In this document: piece by piece, positions 1-8,407 of the stretch
Layout of the letters: each line of letters opens with the position of its first letter
Position numbering within the stretch: position 1 is the first letter of the stretch
Source: an uncultured Gemmatimonadales bacterium
GTDB taxonomy: Bacteria; Gemmatimonadota; Gemmatimonadetes; Longimicrobiales; RSA9
Assembly (NCBI GenBank): GCA_963798845.1
Contig: CAWCUS010000001.1
Coordinates: forward strand, 96,001 to 160,000
Length of the DNA stretch: 64,000 nt
Direction: 5' to 3'
Translations under genes and position numbers: made by a program
The notes under the pieces: model-generated
Databases searched by the model: none
Seen by the model: only the letters and a program-made list of their open reading frames with translations
Told to the model about the DNA's origin: nothing

Positions 1-447
1 ACGCTCCCGCGAGAGGTCGAACGAGCAGCCCGTCGCTTCGAGCTGTCGGATGATTCGCGGCCGGGTCTGACCCACCCAGTCCCACACCCTCGCCTCGAAC
101 GATTCCCGGCCCAGGTCCTGGCGCGTCAGCCCCTCCGTCGCCAGCTGCCGCTCCACCACGTTCTGCGTGGCGATCCCGGCGTGGTCCGTTCCCGGGATCC
201 AGAGCGCTTCACGCCCCTGCATCCGCCGCCACCGGATCAGCAGGTCCTGCAGCGTGTTGTTGAGGCCGTGCCCCATGTGGAGCACCGCGGTCACGTTGGG
301 CGGCGGGATGACGATCACGTACGGGTCGCGCTCGCCGCTCAGCACTGCGTCGGCGGACGCGGTGAAGTAGCCATTCTCGAGCCATTCCCGGTAGAGCGGG
401 CCCTCGATTTCGGCCGGATCGTAGGTTTTCGAAAGCGGTTCGGTCAT
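1..447 (-). CDS. valS: Valine--tRNA ligase, N-terminal part (runs off window)
   Basis: Manual translation from ATG at 447: MTEPLSKTYDP...PPPNVTAVLHMGHGLNNTLQD...WIPGTDHAGIATQ (HIGH region and GTDHAGIATQ signature). SD-like AAGGTAGG upstream. Not in the ORF track. Confidence 0.97.
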   Translation of the reverse strand, partial: MTEPLSKTYDPAEIEGPLYREWLENGYFTASADAVLSGERDPYVIVIPPPNVTAVLHMGHGLNNTLQDLLIRWRRMQGREALWIPGTDHAGIATQNVVERQLATEGLTRQDLGRESFEARVWDWVGQTRPRIIRQLEATGCSFDLSRER

Positions 448-466
448 AAGTCGCCTACCTTACATG

Positions 467-498
467 AAAAGCGGCCCGGCCGCCACCGGCCGGACCGC
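467..498 (-). terminator. Intrinsic terminator-like hairpin between BON gene and valS
   Basis: Minus strand GCGGTCCGGCCG-GTGG-CGGCCGGGCCGC-TTTT: 12-bp stem (one G-U), 4-nt loop, T4 tail. Confidence 0.6.
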
Positions 499-523
499 CC
501 GTCCTCACGAGGCGGGAACGGGC

Positions 524-1219
524 TCAGCCGCCCTCACCCGGCTCCTGCGGCTCGACCGACCGCCCGGGCGTGCTGTTCGGGTGGGGACGGGGGTCGAGCC
601 CCGCATCCCGGATGGACGCCTCGTCGCCCGGCTTCACGTCCTCGCTCTCGACCGCCTCGTCGCCGGACACCGGCTGGACGAGCGACTCCTGGTCGTCGCT
701 CACCTTGGCGACATCCAGCTCCCGCTCCAGCAGGCGCTGCCGATCGCTCGGCCGGTCCGGGTCCGTGGCCGGCGACTGCCGCCGACGCCCCATCCCGACG
801 CCCATCCCGTAGTGGTGCGACTCGTGGAGGTCCGGCGCCCCGTCGCTCCAGCGGCGCCGCGCCGTCTCCCGCCGCCCTTCCTCATCCGCCAGGCGAAGCC
901 GATTGACCACCGTGTACACGCCTCGGGTCGCCTGCGCCACGCCCATCGCACGCTCTGCCTCGGCGTGATCCGCGACCTCGCCCCTCAGCTCGACGACCCC
1001 GTCGGCGATGGCCTCCACGTCGATTCGTCGGCGCGCGAGCTTCGGGTCGCGCTGCATCGCGTCCATTACATCACCTGCGGCGCCCCGCGGCTGCGCCGGA
1101 GGGCTACCCGCTTGCGGCGGCCTGGCGCGACGCCACCAGGCCCACACGCCCGTGGCCACCAGCCCCGTCGAGACTCCGATCACCGCTATGATCCCTTGCC
1201 TGCCGCGATCCGCTGACAT
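524..1219 (-). CDS. Membrane-anchored BON domain protein
   Basis: AGGAGG/GGAG before ATG 1219; N-terminal TM helix; BON-like segment IDVEAIADGVVELRGEV...A..VAQATRGVYTVVNRL. Confidence 0.8.
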   Translation of the reverse strand: MSADRGRQGIIAVIGVSTGLVATGVWAWWRRARPPQAGSPPAQPRGAAGDVMDAMQRDPKLARRRIDVEAIADGVVELRGEVADHAEAERAMGVAQATRGVYTVVNRLRLADEEGRRETARRRWSDGAPDLHESHHYGMGVGMGRRRQSPATDPDRPSDRQRLLERELDVAKVSDDQESLVQPVSGDEAVESEDVKPGDEASIRDAGLDPRPHPNSTPGRSVEPQEPGEGG

Positions 1220-1296
1220 GCTCCGACTGCCTCCTGATTGCGCTGGGATTGCCGCTCGGAAGCCGTGCAAGCCATGAGCCACGACGCCCGATCGGG

Positions 1297-2109
1297 CTAT
1301 CCTCCACCCGACGACGTCGAACCGCCCCCGGTCTCCGCCGCTTTCCGCTCCGCGCGTTCCCGGTCCCGCCGATCCCGGATCGCTTTCACCCGCTCCCGGA
1401 AGCTGTCCAGAAGCGCCGCGCGGTCAGCCTGGTCCTGAAGCTCGATCCAGCGCGACGACTTCGGGTCGAACTCGTCGTCCGACACGAGGTAGATCGGCAG
1501 CGGCAGCGTCAGCTTCCCCAGGTGCAGCTTTCCCGGGCTGATCCCCCACTTCCCGCCGTTCTTGTCCACGACCGTCCAGTCCCGGCTGCGCAGCGCACGG
1601 TCCGTGGCCGCGAGCGCGGAGTCGTTGAGCATCTCCACGGCCGCTCCCAGCCGCGCTTCCACTTCCGACAACGTGGGCGCATGCGGCACGAGCACCATCG
1701 GCTCATAGAAACGCGGGTCCACGACGCGCGGGGCGAGGCGATCGGCCGCGGACTCCACGTCCGGCTTCCTCGCCTCCGCCTCCGGTCCCGGCTCTGCGGG
1801 CACCCGCCGCTGCGTCCGGGCGGGAGTCGTCACCGTGCGCGGCAGCTGCTCCGGCTGCGGGGCGGCTTCGCGCCCCGGCTGCACGACCGAGAGCTGGACC
1901 GCCCGCATCCCCGAGGGAGGCACCACCACCACGCGGGTAGCTCGGGGCGACGAACGCGGCCGGGGCGTCAGCAGCTCGCTGACCCAGAGGATCGCCGCTA
2001 CGTGCACCACGATGGAAAGGACGAGCCCGACCCGAAGCGCCCGTCGCTCCCGGCCCCGCCGCTGCGCCGAACCCGGTCGCGCTCCGCCGTGCCCGCTCGT
2101 GCTGCCCAT
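1297..2109 (-). CDS. Hypothetical bitopic membrane protein with Pro-rich linker
   Basis: TM segment with TonB-like SxxxH (LSIVVHVAAI), Pro-rich spacer, globular C-terminus (WGISPGKLHLG). Confidence 0.7.
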   Translation of the reverse strand: MGSTSGHGGARPGSAQRRGRERRALRVGLVLSIVVHVAAILWVSELLTPRPRSSPRATRVVVVPPSGMRAVQLSVVQPGREAAPQPEQLPRTVTTPARTQRRVPAEPGPEAEARKPDVESAADRLAPRVVDPRFYEPMVLVPHAPTLSEVEARLGAAVEMLNDSALAATDRALRSRDWTVVDKNGGKWGISPGKLHLGKLTLPLPIYLVSDDEFDPKSSRWIELQDQADRAALLDSFRERVKAIRDRRDRERAERKAAETGGGSTSSGGG

Positions 2110-2179
2110 GTCCGGGATTGTAACCCGCTGAACGGCGTCGGGTCCCAGCGCTGCGCGCCCGGGGGACCCGCACGTCCCC

Positions 2180-3340
2180 CTACCGGACCCTCGCCAGCCG
2201 CTCCGCCGCTTCCTCCAGCCTCGCCTCGCCCGTGGTCAGCGCCACGCGCAGGAATCCCTCACCACCTCTCCCCAGCGCCGCCCCCGGCATGACGACCACC
2301 CCCTCCTGCCGCAGCGCTCGCATGGCGAACTCCTCCGAAGGCTCGCCGCCCGGCACCGGTATCCACAGGTACATGGTCGCTCTCGGGACCTCCACGTCGA
2401 AGCCCGCCCTGCGCAGCGCGGTCGCCGCAACGTCCCGTCGGCGCTGGAATGCGGCCACGTTGCCCGGTACGAAATCGTCGTAGCTCTCCAGCGCGGCGCG
2501 GGCGCCCGCCTGTACCACCATGAAGTGGCCCGTGTCGACGAACGTCTTCACCCTTTGAAGCGCCGACACGATGGCAGGGTTGCCCGCGGCCCACCCGACG
2601 CGCCAGCCCGTCATGTTGTACGTTTTCGAGAACGAGTGGAACTCGATGGCCACTTCCCGCGCGCCGTCGATCTCCAGGATGCTGGGCGGCGTGTAGCCGT
2701 CGAAGGCGATCTCGCTGTACGCGTTGTCGTAGCACAGGACCGCGTCGTGCTCCCGGCACCACGCCACCGCCCGCTCCAGGTACGTCCGCGATGCCGCAGC
2801 CGCGGTGGGGTTGTTCGGATAGTTGAGGTATACGATCCTCGTGCGTCGCGCCACGCCGTCCGGGATCTCCTCGAATGGCACCAGGAAGTCGTGCTCCGGG
2901 CGAAGCGGGACCAGATGCGGCTCCCCGCCCGCCAGCAGCGTTCCGCCGCGGTATGGCTGGTATCCGGGGTCCGGCACCACCGTGGCGTCTCCCGGGCCGA
3001 CGTAGCCGAAGGCGAGGTGCGCGATCCCCTCTTTCGATCCGATCAGCGGCAGCACTTCGGCCATCGGATCCAGCGTCACCCTGAAGCGACGGCCCATCCA
3101 CGCCGCGATCGCCTCCCGCAGCTCCACCAGCCCCAGCTGGAACCCGTACCGGTTCATCGGCACCTCGTCCGCCGTCCGCTTCAGCGCCGCGACCGCCGCG
3201 GGCGGAGGCGCCAGGTCCGCATCTCCCGCCCCCAGGTCGATCACGTCCACACCCCTCGCCCGCAGCTCGCGGCGGATCCGCGGCACTTCGGCCAGGGGAT
3301 AGGCAGGAAAGTCGTTGAAGCGTCCATGCACCTTCGGCAT
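2180..3340 (-). CDS. Class I/II PLP-dependent aminotransferase (LL-diaminopimelate aminotransferase-like)
   Basis: GSKEG, PDPGY, NYPNNPT, DNAY and SFSKTYNMTGWRVG (PLP lysine) motifs. Start placed at ATG 3340 (MPKVH). Confidence 0.9.
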   Translation of the reverse strand: MPKVHGRFNDFPAYPLAEVPRIRRELRARGVDVIDLGAGDADLAPPPAAVAALKRTADEVPMNRYGFQLGLVELREAIAAWMGRRFRVTLDPMAEVLPLIGSKEGIAHLAFGYVGPGDATVVPDPGYQPYRGGTLLAGGEPHLVPLRPEHDFLVPFEEIPDGVARRTRIVYLNYPNNPTAAAASRTYLERAVAWCREHDAVLCYDNAYSEIAFDGYTPPSILEIDGAREVAIEFHSFSKTYNMTGWRVGWAAGNPAIVSALQRVKTFVDTGHFMVVQAGARAALESYDDFVPGNVAAFQRRRDVAATALRRAGFDVEVPRATMYLWIPVPGGEPSEEFAMRALRQEGVVVMPGAALGRGGEGFLRVALTTGEARLEEAAERLARVR

Positions 3341-3393
3341 TTGCTTCCGCTCGAGCGCTTGGAGGGTGTGGCCCATCACCGGTCGCCGGGAAT

Positions 3394-3597
3394 GGAACGC
3401 GCGGGGACGTAGCCGGCAAGGCCTCCACCTGGCCCCGTGGCGGGTTGTGGTCGGCGTCGTCCTGGACCTCCTCGCCGGACCCCACGGCCTTCGGCCTCAC
3501 GGTGCTCGTCCTCGCGACCGCAGGCGTCCTCGCCTGTCTCTACCCCGCGCGCCCTGCAACCCGGATTCACCCCGTCGAGGCCCTGCGGACGGATTGA
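3394..3597 (+). pseudogene. Remnant of the C-terminus of an FtsX/MacB-type ABC permease
   Basis: 3478-3597 reads DPTAFGLTVLVLATAGVLACLYPARPATRIHPVEALRTD*, matching the permease tail DP..F.......A.Y.PARRA.R.DP..ALR.E*. Upstream RQGLHLA...GVVL is in another frame. No full gene or SD. Confidence 0.7.
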
Positions 3598-3738
3598 ATC
3601 GAATGCGAACGTGCGTCCAGCCCGCGCGGCCGGACGCCCCGGCCTTGTGGGCGACCGGACCAGCGCGCAGATTTCTGGACAGTGGCACCCCCCGCCCACT
3701 CTCCCTGCGGCCGCCGTAGTCCTCGAACACGGACGACC

Positions 3739-5013
3739 ATGGAACCCTCTGCGCTCGTCTCCGCCCGCTCCGCGGCGCTGTTCAGGCCGCTCGCCTCCCT
3801 CATCGCTGGCCTGGGCGCCGCCCTGGCCGCCACGATCTTCCTCGCTGCATGCGGCTCCGCCCCGCCGCAGCAGGTGACCACACGTGACTCCGCCGGCGTC
3901 GCCATCACCCGCTCGGAAGCGCCCGCATGGGCCGCGGGCGCGGAGTGGCGGGTCGCCCCGGAGCCGACCCTCACCATCGGAGGCCTGGCGGGGCAGCAGA
4001 ACTACGACTTCACCAACGTGGTGGACGCGCTCCGGCTCCCGGACGGCCGCATTGTCGCCACGCAGTGCAGCCCGCCTCGCGTGCGCCTCTACGGCCCGTC
4101 CGGCGGGTTCATCCAGGCGTTCGGCGGGCTCGGGACGGCGCCCGGCCGCTGTCAGTTCATCCTGCACAGCTGGATCGCCGGATCCGATACGCTGCTGGTC
4201 TACGACCCGACCCTCGGCAGGGTGAGCCGCTTCAGCCTCTCGGGAGCGCTGCTCGGCGTCAATGACGTGGGTGCGGCGAGCGACCAGAACGGGCTCGTCT
4301 GGGTCGATCGCTTCCCCGATGGCTCACTGCTGGGGAGGCCCAACAGCCCGCCGCCGACCGCCGATGGCCGTGCCCGCGCCACGTTCGCATACGTGCGGCA
4401 CGACCCGGCCACCGGCACCATCGACACCCTGGTGACCGCCGCCGGCGCCGAGTACCTGGCCGAGGGGATCGGCTCGCCGCAGGAGCATACCGAGCAGGTC
4501 CTGTTCAGCCCGTTCACCGCTGCCGTGGCGCTCGACAGCACCATCCTCCTCGCGGACACCCGCGACTTCTGGATCGAGGAGTGGACCCGGGATGGCCGGC
4601 TGCTGCGGCGGTTCGGTCGTGCCTACGAGCCGCGCTCCATCGACCGCGATTTCATCCGCGCGTACAAACAGCAGCGGCTCGCGGCGGCGGGCTCCCGCGC
4701 CCGGGACGTCCGGGGCGAGCTCGACCGCGCCGTGTTCGCCGAGACGTTCCCGGCCCACGAGGGCACCATCCTGGTGGATCCGGCGCACTACGTCTGGGTG
4801 CTCGACTATCCTGGCACGGCGGACGGGGCACGCGCATGGAGCGTGTTCGACCCCGCTGGCCGCTGGTTCGGCGACGTCCAGCTCCCCCGCGAGCTGCGCA
4901 TCACCAATGTGGGGGAGGACTACATCCTCGGCGTCTGGCGTGAGCCGGACGGCACGCAGACCGTGCGCCTCTTCTCCCTGGATCGCTCCGCCGCCCCGGA
5001 AGTCGCCAGCTGA
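3739..5013 (+). CDS. Lipoprotein, probable beta-propeller (NHL/6-bladed-like)
   Basis: Lipobox FLAA-C; repeated blade motifs (LYGPSGGFIQAFGGLG, FSLSGALLG, WTRDGRLLRRFG, VFDPAGRWFG). Confidence 0.75.
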   Translation: MEPSALVSARSAALFRPLASLIAGLGAALAATIFLAACGSAPPQQVTTRDSAGVAITRSEAPAWAAGAEWRVAPEPTLTIGGLAGQQNYDFTNVVDALRLPDGRIVATQCSPPRVRLYGPSGGFIQAFGGLGTAPGRCQFILHSWIAGSDTLLVYDPTLGRVSRFSLSGALLGVNDVGAASDQNGLVWVDRFPDGSLLGRPNSPPPTADGRARATFAYVRHDPATGTIDTLVTAAGAEYLAEGIGSPQEHTEQVLFSPFTAAVALDSTILLADTRDFWIEEWTRDGRLLRRFGRAYEPRSIDRDFIRAYKQQRLAAAGSRARDVRGELDRAVFAETFPAHEGTILVDPAHYVWVLDYPGTADGARAWSVFDPAGRWFGDVQLPRELRITNVGEDYILGVWREPDGTQTVRLFSLDRSAAPEVAS

Positions 5014-5067
5014 AGCAGACACGGGCCGGCGCGCGCTCACGCTCCCGGGCGCGCGCCGCTCGCCTTC

Positions 5068-5709
5068 TCAGCCGTCCCGCACCGTGCTCCGCACCGACGA
5101 CAGCACGCGCTCGCCGAGCCGCACCTCCACCACCACATCCGACCCGTCCACCAGCGGCCCCACCCCGTGCGGTGTGCCCGTGGCGACCAGATCACCTGGC
5201 TCCAGCGTCATGATCGCGCTGATGTAGCTCACCAGGAACGGGATTCCGAACGCCATCTGACGGGCCACGCCGCGCTGCCGCACCTCACCGTTCACCCGGC
5301 ATTCCACGCCCAGTCCACGCCAGTCCGGCACCTCGCCCGCCGCCGCCATCTCCCCCACGGGGCAGAACGTGTCGAAGCCCTTCGCGCGCGACCACTGGTC
5401 GTCCCGCTTCTGCAGGTCGCGCGCGGTGACGTCGTTCAGGGCGCAGTACCCGGCGACGTGGGCCAGCGCGTCCTCTTCGGTCACCTTCCGGCAGAGCCGC
5501 CCGATCACGACCGCGATCTCCCCCTCGTGCTCCACCTGCGACGACTGGCCCGGCCGCACGATCGTACCACCGTCCGCCAGCAGCGCCGACGGCGGCTTCA
5601 GAAACAGCAGCGGCTTGTCCGGTACGACGTTCCCCAGCTCCGCCGCGTGCTCAACGTAGTTGCGCCCGACGCACACGATCTTGCTCGGACGCGGCAATCC
5701 TTCCGGCAT
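5068..5709 (-). CDS. Fumarylacetoacetate hydrolase family protein
   Basis: KIVCVGRNY..H, FLKPPS, EHEGE, NDVTARD, AKGFDTFCP, TLEPGD...TGTP. GGAGGAG before ATG 5709; overlaps the DinG stop by 59 nt. Confidence 0.93.
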   Translation of the reverse strand: MPEGLPRPSKIVCVGRNYVEHAAELGNVVPDKPLLFLKPPSALLADGGTIVRPGQSSQVEHEGEIAVVIGRLCRKVTEEDALAHVAGYCALNDVTARDLQKRDDQWSRAKGFDTFCPVGEMAAAGEVPDWRGLGVECRVNGEVRQRGVARQMAFGIPFLVSYISAIMTLEPGDLVATGTPHGVGPLVDGSDVVVEVRLGERVLSSVRSTVRDG

Positions 5710-8200
5710 CCGTCTCCTCCCTCCGTACCTCGTAGAACCGCTCCAGCTCCTCGCGGAGCTCCGCCCACGTCCCCGTGCGCACTGGCGCCGGCGGGAGCGT
5801 GTCGAGAAAGTACCGACCGTACGACTTCTCCAGCACGCGGCCATCGAGCAGCACCACCGCGCCCCGGTCCGTCGTGGAGCGGATGAGCCGGCCGAAGCCC
5901 TGCTTCAGGCGCAGCGCGGCCTGCGGGAGCATGTAGTCGAAGAACCCGCTCCCGCCCACCTGCTCGATCGCCTCCATCCTGGCCGCCGTCAGCGGCTCGG
6001 TGGGCACCCGGAACGGGAGCTTCGCGATGACCATCCCGCGCAGCGGGTCGCCCGGCACGTCCACGCCTTCCCAGAACGACGCCACCCCCAGCAGGATCCC
6101 GCGGCCGCTCTCCGTGAACCGGCGCACCAGCTGCGCGCGTGGTGCCTCCGCCTGCACGAACAGCGGCCAGCGCCCGTCCACCCCTCGCTCCCGCAGCACG
6201 CCCGCCACGTGGCGGAGGGAGCGATAGCTTGTGAAAAGAGCGAAGATGCCTCCGTCGCTGAGCCCGGCCAGCTCCGCCACGACGGCGGCCGTGACGTCAT
6301 CGTGCTCCCGGCCCGGACGGGGCACATCGGTCGGGATCGCCACGAGCGTCTGGGTGTCGAAGTCGAACGGGCTCGGGTAGCTCGCGTTCCGAACCCGCAC
6401 CGCCCGGTCCAGGCCCAGTCGGCCGGTGACGAAGCCGAAGCCCGCGCGCGTGCTCAGGGTCGCCGACGTCAGAACCACCGTGTCGGCCGGCTCCCAGAGC
6501 GCCTCGCGGAGGAGGTCCCCCAGCTCGATCGGCGCTGCGCACACCGCCACGTTCCCCTGACCGTTCACACCCCGCCGCTCCAGCCACCGGACCATGGCCA
6601 CGGCCTCCTCCCCGGGCACCAGCGCCAGACGCAGCCCGTCCGCCTGCGCGCGCACTCGCCCCGCCAGCGCGCTCAGCTCCACCAGCTGCTCCTCCAGCTT
6701 CTCGGTCGCGCTCCGGTCGACCAGCACCGCTTCCCGGATCCCGTCCAGCGCCCGCGCCACACGGTCCAGCACCTTCAGCAGGTCTTCCAGCGCTCCCGAG
6801 ACCACGCCCGACCAGCCGTCGTCCCGCTCGAAACCCTCGCCAAGCCGCAGCACCCCATCCGATGACGGCGCCACCACCGACCCGAGTCGCGCGAACAGCT
6901 CCGCCGCGCGCTGCTTCGCGTTCGCGACGTCAGGACGGATTCCGCGCTCGATCCGCGACAGGCACTCCGTCCGGACCCGCCCCTCCGCCACCAGCTTGAG
7001 CCGCTCCTCGACCCCCCGGATCACGCCCTTGCCACGCCGGTCGATCCGGTTCAGCAGACGGAACAGCCCACGCTGCGACACTGCCACGCCCAGGTGGCTC
7101 GTCGCCGCGTCCTCGATGTTGTGCGCCTCGTCCAGGACGACCCGGCGGTACGGCGGGAGCACCGCGGGCGCCGTGTAGTTCCCCTGGATCCGGCGCACGG
7201 CCAGGTCGCTGAACAGGAGGTGGTGGTTCACCACCAGCACGTCCGCCCCCGCCGCGCCGCGCCTCGCCTTCTGGTAGAAGCAGTCCTCGAAGTGCGGACA
7301 CTTCGCCCGCATGCACACGTCACCATCGCTCTGAACCTCGTCCCACACTTCCGGCGACGGCTCGAACGGCAGGTCCTGCAGCGACCCATCGCTCGTCCGC
7401 TCCAGCCACGCCTCGAGCGCTTCCAGTTCCCTCGCCTGCGCTCCCTCCAGCAGCATGCCTGCCGTCTCTACCGCCAGCCTCGCCCGCCGAATCGAGATGT
7501 AGTTCCCCCGCCCCTTCACCAGCGCGTAGCGGAACGGCACGTCCAGCGCCTTCCGCAGAAACGGCAGGTCCTTCGCCACGAGTTGCTCCTGGAGGTTGAT
7601 CGTGTTCGTGCTCACGACCGTCCGCTCCCGATTCGCGATCGCCCACTTCACCGCCGGGATCAGGTACGCAATGCTCTTCCCCGTGCCCGTCCCCGCCTCC
7701 GCCACCAGCACGCCGCCGGCGTTGTACGCTTCCGCCACCGCAACCGACAGATCCCGCTGCGTCGGGCGATCCTCGTACCCGGCATGCTGCCGCGACACCG
7801 GCCCTCCCGGAGCCAGCGCCGCCGATACCTCCTCCGCCTCCAGCAGCTCCAGCTCACGCTCTCGCGGCGGCTCCGCTACCACGTACAGCTCCAGCGCCTC
7901 GTTGTCGCAGATCGCCAGCCCCAGACCCCGGGCGTAAAGCTCCGCCGCCACCTCCAGGTCCGCCTCGCTCGGGTCCAGCTCGCCCGTCGGATGATTGTGG
8001 ATCACCAGGCTGCCGCGCTCCGCATCCGCTACAGCCGCCAGGACCGCGCTCCGATGACCGCGCGCCACCGCCCGGGGCCGCTTCACGGCACCGTTCTCCC
8101 CGACCACCGCCACGAAGCACACCTCGTTGCCCCGCGCCTTTTCGATCTCGTGGCGCAGGGCTCCGGCGGCGGCCTTGGTCAGGTGCAGGACACGTGGCAT
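5651..8200 (-). CDS. DinG/YoaA-family SF2 helicase with N-terminal JAB (RadC-like) domain
   Basis: Start ATG 8200 (MPRVLHL). YEDRPTQ, EAGTGTGKS, DEAH, TSATL, LFTSY, SFWEGVDVPG, QGFGRLIR. N-terminal E...HNHPTG...PS..D. Confidence 0.92.
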   Translation of the reverse strand: MPRVLHLTKAAAGALRHEIEKARGNEVCFVAVVGENGAVKRPRAVARGHRSAVLAAVADAERGSLVIHNHPTGELDPSEADLEVAAELYARGLGLAICDNEALELYVVAEPPRERELELLEAEEVSAALAPGGPVSRQHAGYEDRPTQRDLSVAVAEAYNAGGVLVAEAGTGTGKSIAYLIPAVKWAIANRERTVVSTNTINLQEQLVAKDLPFLRKALDVPFRYALVKGRGNYISIRRARLAVETAGMLLEGAQARELEALEAWLERTSDGSLQDLPFEPSPEVWDEVQSDGDVCMRAKCPHFEDCFYQKARRGAAGADVLVVNHHLLFSDLAVRRIQGNYTAPAVLPPYRRVVLDEAHNIEDAATSHLGVAVSQRGLFRLLNRIDRRGKGVIRGVEERLKLVAEGRVRTECLSRIERGIRPDVANAKQRAAELFARLGSVVAPSSDGVLRLGEGFERDDGWSGVVSGALEDLLKVLDRVARALDGIREAVLVDRSATEKLEEQLVELSALAGRVRAQADGLRLALVPGEEAVAMVRWLERRGVNGQGNVAVCAAPIELGDLLREALWEPADTVVLTSATLSTRAGFGFVTGRLGLDRAVRVRNASYPSPFDFDTQTLVAIPTDVPRPGREHDDVTAAVVAELAGLSDGGIFALFTSYRSLRHVAGVLRERGVDGRWPLFVQAEAPRAQLVRRFTESGRGILLGVASFWEGVDVPGDPLRGMVIAKLPFRVPTEPLTAARMEAIEQVGGSGFFDYMLPQAALRLKQGFGRLIRSTTDRGAVVLLDGRVLEKSYGRYFLDTLPPAPVRTGTWAELREELERFYEVRREETDAGRIAASEQDRVRRAQLR

Positions 8201-8312
8201 GGAACCCGGGGGGCGAAGGGAAACCGAAGAGAGTCTAACGCTTTCCCCGGTGGAACGGGAGAGCGTCTCCCTCCCGGCCACGGCGCCCCCCGTCACCGCG
8301 GCCACGCTTCTG

Positions 8313-8356
8313 TTGGCCGTGAGAGGCGGCAATGCTATCGTGAAGAACATCACGAT
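8313..8356 (+). promoter_or_regulatory. Sigma70-type promoter with overlapping palindromic operator
   Basis: TTGGCC(8313-8318)-17 nt-TATCGT(8336-8341) with extended TG; perfect inverted repeat ATCGTGA-N6-TCACGAT at 8337-8356. Confidence 0.5.
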
Positions 8357-8407
8357 CCCCGCGCTCACCGAGCGCTTTTCCCACCGCTGACGGAGTGACC
8401 GGACCAG

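Noticed and set aside
448..523. T-box riboswitch before valS
   Set aside because: Only 76 nt and no T-box consensus; kept only as a terminator.
5651..8200. DinG as a type IV CRISPR or defence-island component
   Set aside because: No cas genes, array or mobile genes; housekeeping neighbourhood.
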